64,000 bases of DNA from Flavobacteriaceae bacterium UBA3159. Lineage in GTDB: Bacteria; Bacteroidota; Bacteroidia; Flavobacteriales; Flavobacteriaceae. Each line of letters begins with the position of its first letter. Within the stretch, counting starts at the first letter, position 1. The DNA lies in contig DEYL01000054.1 in the NCBI GenBank assembly GCA_002364535.1, positions 7,309 to 71,308 on the forward strand, read 5' to 3'. Made by a program: the position numbers and the translations under genes. The notes beneath the pieces were generated by a model, which made no database searches, was not told the DNA's origin, and saw nothing but the letters and a program-made list of their open reading frames with translations. Positions 9,361 to 18,426 of this stretch are shown here, in pieces.

Positions 9361-10764
9361 CTACTGGTTGTATACTTCTGCTGAGCCTTGTTGTTGGTAC
9401 TTCCAAAAATAATGTTTTGAGGGAGTGTGTTCGGATTTAAATATTTTCTTTGCTTTTTCGATGAGTTGGGGGTGTCTCTGGCTCACATCAAAAGCCTCTC
9501 CTGGATCTAGGTAAAGGTTATAGAGTTCAATAAGACCTCGATCCCCGCTATGGAGGTTATTCTGGATGGCTTTCCATTTGCCAAAACGCGTTGCCCGCCA
9601 GCCATTTTTCTCATAAAATTCCCAATATAGCGGGGGAACCTCTTCAACCTTTCGGGTACCATGCAACACACCCGCAATACTTTGGCCATCAAAAGGGCCC
9701 TCGCTTTTAATGCCTAACAATTCCATCACCGTAGGGAAAAAATCAGCAAAATAGCCTACTTGACTGGTTTGGGTACCCGCTTTTATTTTTTTTGGGTGGT
9801 ACACCACAAAAGGAACCCGAATGCCCCCTTCATATGGGTCTCTCTTCATTCCTCGAAAAATACCATTACTATTAAACACGTCCCATTCTCCATAAATCTC
9901 TGCTGGACCATTATCGGAAGTAAAGAAAATATAAGTGTTTTCGGCAATTCCCAATGCCTCTAACCGTTTTACAATCCTGCCCACAGTCTCATCTAAACGG
10001 GTAACCATTGCCGCGTACTTTTTCTGAAGGTCGGTCCAATTTTTTTTGTTTGTATATATACCATCATCAGGAAGTTCATATCGGCTGTGTGGGATACAAA
10101 CTGGCAGGTAAAGGAAAAAGGGTTGGCGGTAATTTCTGTCGATAAAATTGATTGTTTGGTCGGCAAATAGGTTGTGTGTATACTGATGATTCGCCTCTTT
10201 CTCATTTCCGTATAGTATTATTTTTTTGGTATTTTCCCAAAGGTATTCAGGATAATAGGAATGGGCTCTTCTTTGGTTATAAAAGCCATAAAAATAGTCG
10301 AAACCTTTTTTATTGGGCGCCCCCGAGGTATTGGGTTCACCTAATCCCCACTTCCCTATCATCGCTGTTCTATAGCCGTGATACTTTAGTACCTCAGCAA
10401 TAGTAAGGTCTTCTTTTTTAAGGGGGACTCTACCCTTTTTTCCAGCCAAACCTACGACGCCTCCTTTTCCAAAGTTTCCGCGGACACGGGTATGCCCCGT
10501 ATGAAGACCAGTCATAAGCACACTTCGAGCGGGAGCACAAACTGCTGCGCCTGAGTAATAGTCTGTAAATTTCATGCCCCTACTTCCCAATTGATCGATG
10601 TTGGGAGTTTTAATTCTTTGTTGCCCATAAAGACTTACGTCCCCATACCCTAAATCATCCGCCATGATAAAAATGATGTTGGGTTGGTTTTGAGCAGACG
10701 CAAGGTTAAGCGCCAAAATCGAGAGACTAAAACATAAAATACAATTATGTAGTGATTTAATCAT
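9361..10764 (-). CDS. S1 sulfatase (Cys-type)
   Basis: Motifs seen: IFIMADDLGYGD, GAAVCAPARSVLMTG, GKWGLG, FTSDNGP. Confidence 0.9.
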   Translation of the reverse strand: MIKSLHNCILCFSLSILALNLASAQNQPNIIFIMADDLGYGDVSLYGQQRIKTPNIDQLGSRGMKFTDYYSGAAVCAPARSVLMTGLHTGHTRVRGNFGKGGVVGLAGKKGRVPLKKEDLTIAEVLKYHGYRTAMIGKWGLGEPNTSGAPNKKGFDYFYGFYNQRRAHSYYPEYLWENTKKIILYGNEKEANHQYTHNLFADQTINFIDRNYRQPFFLYLPVCIPHSRYELPDDGIYTNKKNWTDLQKKYAAMVTRLDETVGRIVKRLEALGIAENTYIFFTSDNGPAEIYGEWDVFNSNGIFRGMKRDPYEGGIRVPFVVYHPKKIKAGTQTSQVGYFADFFPTVMELLGIKSEGPFDGQSIAGVLHGTRKVEEVPPLYWEFYEKNGWRATRFGKWKAIQNNLHSGDRGLIELYNLYLDPGEAFDVSQRHPQLIEKAKKIFKSEHTPSKHYFWKYQQQGSAEVYNQ

Positions 10765-10771
10765 ACTTATT

Positions 10772-12436
10772 TTATTGTAAAGTTGTTATTATAAATTTCT
10801 TCTCCTGGGGGGTATGTCGTTCGATATAGCTTTCTATTTTTAATACCAAATCGGGTAGGGTTCCAGCAATATCCTTGTCATTTTTTCCCTCCAGCATCTG
10901 ATCAAAAATTTGAATACTTCCGTTTTTAGGAATTAAAATTTTGTAATCGCCAAAGCGAATAAAATAGTTCCAGAGCGGTTCATCAGGGATATATTTTTTT
11001 AATTGCTCTACAATCACTTTACTTTTTGGGAGATCAGCAATATTTTTGAATTGATTGGGGTCGTTGATCAAGTCGTACAGCTCAAAGCTTCCATCGAAAT
11101 AAGAGATCAACTGCCAGTCTGGGGTAGATATAGTATGCGATCCAATAGAGAAAGTGGTTAAACTAAACTCCTCCCAGTCGCTAGCTTCCTCTCTGAGAAG
11201 TGGCATTAAACTCCTTCCTTCCCAGGATGTTTTTTTTGGAATTCCTACGATGTCCGCCATGGTGGGTGCCAAATCCAATAGATTGACCATGTTTTTAATC
11301 TCTGATGTTTTTTTAAAATCGGTTGTGCCCAGTGGAGGAATAATTAAAAATGGTACCCGAGTACTTCTATACCAGCCAGTTGCCTTTCCCCAATGAGATT
11401 TTTCCCCGAGATGCCAACCGTGATCTGACCAAATTACAATCCATGTGTTGTTATTCAACTCCAACACATCAAGGGCTTTTACAAGATCACCTATAAGCTC
11501 GTCAACAAAAGAAACTGAGGCCAAATAGGAAGCTACCGCATTCTCCCACTGCCCGTATTTCAATACGGTTTCATGTTTTCCAGAGGTTTTTGGATACAAA
11601 GCGAGCTGTTTTGCCCGATAGGAGACATCCCCAAGATCGTTAACAAGGGTTTTGGGTAATTCAACCTCAGTAATAGGATACATATCGTGGAACCGCTTGG
11701 GGTTGAAGAGGGGTTGGTGTGGACGTTCAAAGCCCAAGGTCAATAAAAAGGGTTGGTCATTGATATTGTGGAGTTTGTTAACGCTCCAATCCAGACTTTT
11801 ACGATCTGAAAAAAGACTGTCTGGCAAATCTACAGGTCCCCAATCAAAAGTATGGGCCCGATTCCAGTATCGATCTGCAGGCATACCATTAAGGGGGAGT
11901 TTAAATGTTTTACCTAATTTGGAAACCTTGTGAAAGGGGTTTTGTTTGCTGATCTGTAGCTCAGACGAGGTAAAAGGTGCTGCAGAGCCCAATTTACCAC
12001 CATAGGCATCAAAAGCTGTGCTTGGAACGTTGGCAGTACTGCCGTGAAATAATTTACCAATACCAAAGACTTGGTATCCATTGTTTTTAAAATGTTCGGG
12101 TAGGCTTACCACCTGAGGCAGGTCACGACTGAACTTGATATTATTGTCATATATACCTGAAGTGACCGGGCGCATTCCACTGAGTATAGCCGTTCTGGAA
12201 GGTCCACACACTGGAGCAGGGCAATGGGCGTTAATAAAAGAAAACCCACGGGCTGCTAAGCGATCCATGTGGGGTGTTTTTACTTGTTCATATCCCAAAA
12301 AACCAACCCAATCGTTGAGATCGTCAATCGATATAAAAACAATATTTGGCTGGGTCTGTTGTAGCTTATCCAATCCCGAAGAGCAGCCGATTAACAGCAA
12401 CAGGAACAATAAAAATATTTTTTTCGTTGGCACCAA
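10772..12436 (-). CDS. S1 sulfatase (Cys-type), lipoprotein
   Basis: Lipobox LIGC. Motifs seen: ISIDDLNDW, AHCPAPVCGPSRTAILSG, WSDHGWHLGEKS. It is a paralogue type of 2113-3570 and 35616-37106. Confidence 0.9.
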   Translation of the reverse strand: MVPTKKIFLLFLLLLIGCSSGLDKLQQTQPNIVFISIDDLNDWVGFLGYEQVKTPHMDRLAARGFSFINAHCPAPVCGPSRTAILSGMRPVTSGIYDNNIKFSRDLPQVVSLPEHFKNNGYQVFGIGKLFHGSTANVPSTAFDAYGGKLGSAAPFTSSELQISKQNPFHKVSKLGKTFKLPLNGMPADRYWNRAHTFDWGPVDLPDSLFSDRKSLDWSVNKLHNINDQPFLLTLGFERPHQPLFNPKRFHDMYPITEVELPKTLVNDLGDVSYRAKQLALYPKTSGKHETVLKYGQWENAVASYLASVSFVDELIGDLVKALDVLELNNNTWIVIWSDHGWHLGEKSHWGKATGWYRSTRVPFLIIPPLGTTDFKKTSEIKNMVNLLDLAPTMADIVGIPKKTSWEGRSLMPLLREEASDWEEFSLTTFSIGSHTISTPDWQLISYFDGSFELYDLINDPNQFKNIADLPKSKVIVEQLKKYIPDEPLWNYFIRFGDYKILIPKNGSIQIFDQMLEGKNDKDIAGTLPDLVLKIESYIERHTPQEKKFIITTLQ

Positions 12437-12441
12437 TTGAT

Positions 12442-13785
12442 TTATTTTTTTTGTCCTCTGACATAGGACGTTGCAGGAAGATCCGGAAAGGTCGCTAACT
12501 CAGATGCCAAAATTCCTTTAATCTCAATTTGTTCTGCAGTCAGGTTTTTATGCTTTAATGGTTCGGTCTCCAAAATATCTTGCCTCATGTCAAAAAATCT
12601 ACCGTCTTTATACAGTTTGTACCTAGCATTTTGAGTGTAGACATTTCTGTGTTTGCAAACACTTTCACTCCACATGGGGTCGTAGTAAGTCGTAGCTGTT
12701 TGTCGTACTTTGATATTTTCCCCTCTAAAAATATCCATCATACTCACACCGTCACTGGTATTGGGTACCCCCAGAATATCACAGAAGGTAGCGTAAAAGT
12801 CCGTGAAATTAATCAGTCCCTCAAAACGCATGGGGGTTTTTATTTTATTCGGCCAACTGCCCACCATAGGAACATGATTCCCATGGGTAATGGTATTCCC
12901 CTTTGCCCCTCTAATAGGGCCATCTACCGTTTTTGAAATTAATGTTTTTTTCGTGCCATTGTCACCGACAAACAAGACCAAGGTGTTTTCAGCTATCCCT
13001 TGATTTTTCAACTCTTCAACTAATTTTCCAACTATTTTGTCCATGTATTTCACCATATCGACATAAAATCGGTTATCTCTTTTTGATCGAGTATCAAGCG
13101 ATTGCCATTCTGGCGTGTCTGGAGTTGGAACAAAAGGATCGTGAACTAACAGCATGGGATAATAAATAAAAAAGGGTTGGTCTTTGTTTTTTTTTATAAA
13201 ATCAACAGCATAATCCGAAACGACATCTGGGCCATAAGCGTTTTCATCTCTTGGTAATACCTCCCCATTTTGCTCCAGCAAGGGGTTGGCAAAACGCTCT
13301 CCTTCTCTTTTGACCTTTGTCAATTGCCACAGACAATATTCTTCAAAACCAAAATGATAAGGTCTTGTATTGTCATCGTTACCCTCGATCTGGTGTTCAA
13401 TTCCATTTAGTTGCCATTTCCCAACAATGGCTGTTTTGTATCCATTTTCTTTGAATAGGTTACCAAATGATTTTTCCCGTGGATTGAGATAGGTAAAATA
13501 TTCATAGTTTCTGTAATTGTATTTACCCGTCATTATTTTAACCCGTGAAGGGGTACACAAAGGCTGTGAAATGGAGTTAACAAAGTTGATCCCATTACTA
13601 GCCAAGGAATCTAATACTGGAGTTTTATAAGACAAACTTCCATTGATGCTCAAACATTCATATCCGATGTCATCAGCCATAATCAAGATAACGTTGGGCT
13701 TTAGAGTTTGGGGGGGTATTTCTTGGCATGAAACGACCAAAAGAGGCAATATCAATAAACATTTCAAAATATTTTTAATAGTCAT
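12442..13785 (-). CDS. S1 sulfatase (Cys-type), lipoprotein
   Basis: Lipobox VVSC. Motifs seen: ILIMADDIGYE, SQPLCTPSRVKIMTG, GKWQL, FVGDNGT. Confidence 0.9.
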   Translation of the reverse strand: MTIKNILKCLLILPLLVVSCQEIPPQTLKPNVILIMADDIGYECLSINGSLSYKTPVLDSLASNGINFVNSISQPLCTPSRVKIMTGKYNYRNYEYFTYLNPREKSFGNLFKENGYKTAIVGKWQLNGIEHQIEGNDDNTRPYHFGFEEYCLWQLTKVKREGERFANPLLEQNGEVLPRDENAYGPDVVSDYAVDFIKKNKDQPFFIYYPMLLVHDPFVPTPDTPEWQSLDTRSKRDNRFYVDMVKYMDKIVGKLVEELKNQGIAENTLVLFVGDNGTKKTLISKTVDGPIRGAKGNTITHGNHVPMVGSWPNKIKTPMRFEGLINFTDFYATFCDILGVPNTSDGVSMMDIFRGENIKVRQTATTYYDPMWSESVCKHRNVYTQNARYKLYKDGRFFDMRQDILETEPLKHKNLTAEQIEIKGILASELATFPDLPATSYVRGQKK

Positions 13786-14810
13786 TGTAATGATTTTAGT
13801 AGTAACGCATTACCATTAGATTTATAAATTGCATTAATCAGGGCAACTGATTTTTTGGCCTCCCACAAATCCACTTTGGGCTTTTTATCTAGTGTAACAA
13901 CCTCAATCATATCTTTGATTACCGCCTGGTGAAATTCATCACTAATGGCCATAGGATCTGATGCCCCAGAGCCAGAATCAACTGTACTATTCTCTAATTC
14001 CTTTTGAACACTTTCTACGGTAGAGGAAACGATTTTACCTCCACTGAAAAAAATACTTCCTAGGGTCCCATAAATATGAATGGACTCAGGCAAACCGGGA
14101 AATAAGGCAGTGCCTCCCGATAAAGTTCCCAGTGCACCGTTTTTAAATCTAAAGGAGGCTACCCCAACATCTTCCCCCTCGATGTTGTGGTGAAGGGTAT
14201 CAATATACCCACTAATTTCACTGACATCACCCATCAGGTGGAGCATCAAGTCGATGGTATGAATGCCCTGATTCATAAATGCTGCTCCACCATCTAGTTT
14301 TTTGGTCCCCCGCCAGGAATCATGATAATACTCCTCGGGACGATACCAATTGATTGACGTTTGACAAAGAAGTGGTTTTCCTAATACCCCCTCAGCTAAA
14401 AATTTTTTAAGCTTTTTGAATTCTGGATTTTCTCTATTTTGAAAAACACAAGCCAGTTTGACTTGGTTTTTTTTGACTACACTTTCAATGACATCAATTT
14501 TTTCAAGGCTGGTTTCCAGTGGTTTTTCACATAGTATATGTTTTCCAGCTTTTGCTATTTTCGATATGGTTTCTCCATGAAGTCCACTTTCATTACAAAT
14601 AATGATCACATCAACTTTAGGGTTTTCCAATACAGAATCTTCTTCCCAAAAAACAGGTGCGATAAATTTTGGCGCCATCTGTAAGGCTCTTGACTGGGAC
14701 TTACTCAATACACCCAATAGTTCGGCATTGGATATTTTTTCAATACAAGCAGCATGTAATAGAGCAATATTTCCTGTTCCTATTATTCCAAAACCGACTG
14801 AAGATTCCAT
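13782..14810 (-). CDS. Gfo/Idh/MocA-family NAD(P)-dependent oxidoreductase with no signal peptide
   Basis: The N-terminus FGIIGTGNIALLHAACI is a Rossmann GxGxxG. EKPLE is the family signature block. Nothing resembling an export signal is present. Confidence 0.85.
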   Translation of the reverse strand: MESSVGFGIIGTGNIALLHAACIEKISNAELLGVLSKSQSRALQMAPKFIAPVFWEEDSVLENPKVDVIIICNESGLHGETISKIAKAGKHILCEKPLETSLEKIDVIESVVKKNQVKLACVFQNRENPEFKKLKKFLAEGVLGKPLLCQTSINWYRPEEYYHDSWRGTKKLDGGAAFMNQGIHTIDLMLHLMGDVSEISGYIDTLHHNIEGEDVGVASFRFKNGALGTLSGGTALFPGLPESIHIYGTLGSIFFSGGKIVSSTVESVQKELENSTVDSGSGASDPMAISDEFHQAVIKDMIEVVTLDKKPKVDLWEAKKSVALINAIYKSNGNALLLKSLQ

Positions 14811-14819
14811 TGGGTGTTA

Positions 14820-17198
14820 TTAATAATTGTCCGACATACTGGTTGGAAGTGTTTCAATATTGGTTGCCCAATCGTAGTTGGGTTCTTCACCCAAAACAAA
14901 ATCTAAATTACCTCCTTTTATCAAATCTGTATGGTAAAACCATGACTGATCCAAGTTTTTTCCGTTAAGCTGAACACTCTGAATGTATTTATTCTTCAGA
15001 CTATTATTTTCAGTTGAAATGGTAAAACTTTTGCCTGGGTAATAGTCAGGATCCAAGTGGATCGTGATTTCATCAAATATGGGACTTGATATATCATAGG
15101 CAGGTTTGATTTCCGTTCCGCCTTTCATTTCAAATAGTCCCATTTTCATCAAAACAGCTAAGGATCCCATTAGCCCTTGATCCTCGTCTCCGCTGTAACC
15201 TTTTTGAGGACTGTTGTCACTGTAAACGTCTTCAATAACATCTCTAATCCATTTTTGTGTCAACCAAGGTTGTCCCAAATAATTGAAGATATAGCCCGTT
15301 TGCATAGACGGCTGATTTCCGTAGTTTATAAATGCCCTTCTGCGGTGGCTAGAGACAAATGAGTCACTGCGATAATTGTGGGCTACAAATCCATGTTGCT
15401 CTGCGATGAGAAACGATTGATTTAATCTTTTGGCTGCGGTTTTTTTCCCGCCCATTAAAGCAGCAAGCCCTGCCAAGTCATGAGGGACAAACCATGTGGC
15501 CGCAGCAGCCGTAGCCTCAACAAACCCTGAACCTAAAGGATCTTTATAATCCCCTTCGTAAACTAAAGGATCGAATGGTTCAATCCATGAGCCATCCATG
15601 GTTCTTGGACGCATCCAACCCGATGATGGGTCATATATTTTTTTGTAGTTTGTTGATCTCTTTAACAACATTTCATAATCATCAATTTTGTTCAGTGCCT
15701 TAGCCATTTGTGCCAGAGTCCAATCCTGATAGGCGTATTCCATGGTAACACCTGGACCACATTGATGGTAGCCATATTGCCTTTCATACATAGGAAAAGG
15801 AACGTATCCACGGTCAATATAAAACTCTATTCCACCACCTTTGGTGGTATTGTGTTCATATCCGACTTTACTCATCATTCCTCCTGGTAGGGCATTTTTG
15901 AGCAGGCCTTGATAGGCTTTATCAATGTCGTATCCTCTTATGCCTTTCATGTAGGCGCTAACAATGAAAGGCGTTGATGAGGCACCTGTCATAACATAAG
16001 TGTAATTTCCGCCTGAGGGGCCCCTGGGAATCAAGCCACCATCGTTGTACATCATCAGCATAGAATTGACAAATTCCTCTGTTATTCTTGGGTAAACCAA
16101 ATGCCATAACGTATTGAGGGTCCACTGAGCACCCCAAAAAGAATCAGAGTTGTAATGATTGAATTTAGGGTTTCCCTTTGAATCCAATGGAATTTGACCA
16201 ATTCGCTTCTTTTCTCCTGTCATATCGCTGTATTTGCCATTGACATCACTAATGATTCTACGGCCTTGCAGAGCGTGCCACAAATCGGTGTAAAACCGTA
16301 CCTGTTGGTCTTTTGTATTTCCTTTGATTTCAATTCTACTGAGGTAATCGTTCCATTGGTTTTTGGAATCTTCAACAACAGCATCAAAATCCCAATGACT
16401 TAATTCTGTTTGGAGGTTTAGTTCGGCCTGATCAATACTCACATAGGAAATTCCAACTTTCATGAGCAGCTGTTCACCCTCTTCAGTTTTGAACACAGGA
16501 TACACCCCTCCGTTTTCTCCTTCGAATTTCTTTACTTCCCCAATAAGCTCACCTTCTTTAAATGCGTGAAGTGCTTGAAAAGGTTTGTCAAAATGGATTG
16601 AGAAAAACACTTTAGTAGATTTAGGACGTCTGATGGTTCCTTCCATAACCGCATAGCCCTGGATTTTTTTCTTGGAGACCCGCCTAACGTATCCACTTTC
16701 TGTTCCACTGGGTCCCAATTGGGTTGAAAGATCTAGAATTACAACACTTTGATCAGATTTTGGAAAAGTATACCGATGAAAGCCTACTCTGACTGTTGAG
16801 GTGAGCTCAACTTTGACATTATAATCGTCCAATATTACAGAGTGATAACCAGGTTCCACCGTTTCTCTGTCGTGGGAATAAGTTGATCCGTAAACCTTGG
16901 GACCCAAATGTGCTTTGATGGCCCCTGTTGTAGGTAATACTGGAACTCCTGACAATTGCCACGCGTGAATATGACTGAAAAAATTTATAGTTTTTTCATT
17001 ATATCGGTAACCCGAGGCCCATGCTCCGGCTGTCCCCATATCGGGACTGAGGTTGACCATTCCAAAAGGGCGTGTTGCTGAGGTAAAGAAAAACCACCTG
17101 GAATTGGCAGAATCTACTAAGGGATTAACTAGATCAACAGGTCGCTGAGCAAATGTTAATGCACTAAAAAAAATTAAAAAATAGTATGTGTTTTTCAT
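14820..17198 (-). CDS. GH92-family exo-alpha-mannosidase-like glycoside hydrolase
   Basis: Has a signal peptide. RPFGMVNLSPDMG, GYHSVILDDYNVKVELTSTVRVGFHRYTFP, FYTDLWHAL, SFWGAQWTLNTLWHLVYP and MEYAYQDWTLAQMAKAL all match conserved GH92 blocks. Confidence 0.85.
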   Translation of the reverse strand: MKNTYYFLIFFSALTFAQRPVDLVNPLVDSANSRWFFFTSATRPFGMVNLSPDMGTAGAWASGYRYNEKTINFFSHIHAWQLSGVPVLPTTGAIKAHLGPKVYGSTYSHDRETVEPGYHSVILDDYNVKVELTSTVRVGFHRYTFPKSDQSVVILDLSTQLGPSGTESGYVRRVSKKKIQGYAVMEGTIRRPKSTKVFFSIHFDKPFQALHAFKEGELIGEVKKFEGENGGVYPVFKTEEGEQLLMKVGISYVSIDQAELNLQTELSHWDFDAVVEDSKNQWNDYLSRIEIKGNTKDQQVRFYTDLWHALQGRRIISDVNGKYSDMTGEKKRIGQIPLDSKGNPKFNHYNSDSFWGAQWTLNTLWHLVYPRITEEFVNSMLMMYNDGGLIPRGPSGGNYTYVMTGASSTPFIVSAYMKGIRGYDIDKAYQGLLKNALPGGMMSKVGYEHNTTKGGGIEFYIDRGYVPFPMYERQYGYHQCGPGVTMEYAYQDWTLAQMAKALNKIDDYEMLLKRSTNYKKIYDPSSGWMRPRTMDGSWIEPFDPLVYEGDYKDPLGSGFVEATAAAATWFVPHDLAGLAALMGGKKTAAKRLNQSFLIAEQHGFVAHNYRSDSFVSSHRRRAFINYGNQPSMQTGYIFNYLGQPWLTQKWIRDVIEDVYSDNSPQKGYSGDEDQGLMGSLAVLMKMGLFEMKGGTEIKPAYDISSPIFDEITIHLDPDYYPGKSFTISTENNSLKNKYIQSVQLNGKNLDQSWFYHTDLIKGGNLDFVLGEEPNYDWATNIETLPTSMSDNY

Positions 17199-17200
17199 TA

Positions 17201-18418
17201 TTAAATTTTTAGATATTTGTCCGCAAAGGATTTTAGTTTAGTTTCATTCACTTTAAGTCCAAAACCAGGTTTAAAGTGCACAGTGACTTTTCCCTGAGCA
17301 TCTAACTGCGTTGCTTTTTCTTCGATGCAATTTATAAATGCGTCTTGTTCCTGGGGCTTTTCCATAGCTTCTACCCAGGAGGCTTTATTGCCAATGGCAA
17401 TTTGTTGCCAAAAAGTACAGGCAGCACCAATGAGACTTGAGTCGCCGATCATGATTCCTTTTCCAGATTTTTTGATGACTTTGGCCAATTGATTTACCTC
17501 CTCAAAAGTACCCATGCATTTGGGATGAAGGTTGAAGTAATTTCCCATTCTGTCATCGAAATACTCAATACTTTTCGCTGCGGGTCTCATAATATGATCC
17601 GGGACGATGGAAAGTTTCCCTACGTTGGACTGTAAAAAGATAAGTTCTTCTTTTTTAAGATTGGAAGGATCTTCTACCCCATCCATTCCCGCTTCATGCA
17701 AAGCCACCATAAACTGTGACAATTCATTTAGATCTTTGACATGATCATAGCCGCGGTTCGGATCTCCCAAGATAAAAGCATCGGGACCTAAAAATTTTCG
17801 CAAAGCACTCACATTTTTTTTATCCATTTCAAAATCACCAAACATTTTAATTTTGACATAACGGTGCAGGTTTTGATCTTTTGCAATTTGGGCTTGTTTG
17901 ACCACCATCTCTTCTTCTTTTTCTAAAATACAAAAGATAGCGGGCACAGGATCTTGGCCTTCAAGCCCCCAGATTTTGATAGTTGGTTTATTTTCAATCT
18001 TACCCATTAAGTCATAAAGTGTCATGAGTAAACCTTCGGTTACAATGGGTTTCCACTGCCCCTGTAAAAATTGATTTCTGACTTCTTCTATGCCGTCTAT
18101 CAAGTTCATCCCCTTGATTTTTTGAAAAGCCTCAGACCATTTGGACAGGTCAAAATCTGGTTGGTTACTGGAAACTTTTGTCTCACCCCAGCCTGTTTGA
18201 TTAGCTCCTTTGATATTGATCATCACGTGTTGCCTGTTTTTCCAAACACCAAAACTAAAGTAACGTTCCTTTTTTACATTGATTAAAAATAAATTAATCT
18301 CTTCGATCTTTATATTTTTTGCCGAGGGGGTGAATCGCGGGGATAAAAAACTGGGCGCCAGAAGTAAGGGCAATATCCCGCTGGTTTGTTTTATAAATTT
18401 TCTTCTAGTATTAATCAT
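17201..18418 (-). CDS. Enolase-superfamily (MR/MLE-type) enzyme with a twin-arginine export signal
   Basis: The N-terminus MINTRRKFIKQTSGILPLLLAPSF has an RRxFxK Tat motif plus an h-region. The barrel carries YVKIKMFG (KxK), ILGDPNRGY (metal Asp), GVEDPS (metal Glu), SIVPDH (third ligand), NLHPKCMGT (second catalytic Lys) and MIGDSS. Confidence 0.75.
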   Translation of the reverse strand: MINTRRKFIKQTSGILPLLLAPSFLSPRFTPSAKNIKIEEINLFLINVKKERYFSFGVWKNRQHVMINIKGANQTGWGETKVSSNQPDFDLSKWSEAFQKIKGMNLIDGIEEVRNQFLQGQWKPIVTEGLLMTLYDLMGKIENKPTIKIWGLEGQDPVPAIFCILEKEEEMVVKQAQIAKDQNLHRYVKIKMFGDFEMDKKNVSALRKFLGPDAFILGDPNRGYDHVKDLNELSQFMVALHEAGMDGVEDPSNLKKEELIFLQSNVGKLSIVPDHIMRPAAKSIEYFDDRMGNYFNLHPKCMGTFEEVNQLAKVIKKSGKGIMIGDSSLIGAACTFWQQIAIGNKASWVEAMEKPQEQDAFINCIEEKATQLDAQGKVTVHFKPGFGLKVNETKLKSFADKYLKI

Positions 18419-18426
18419 AAAATCAT

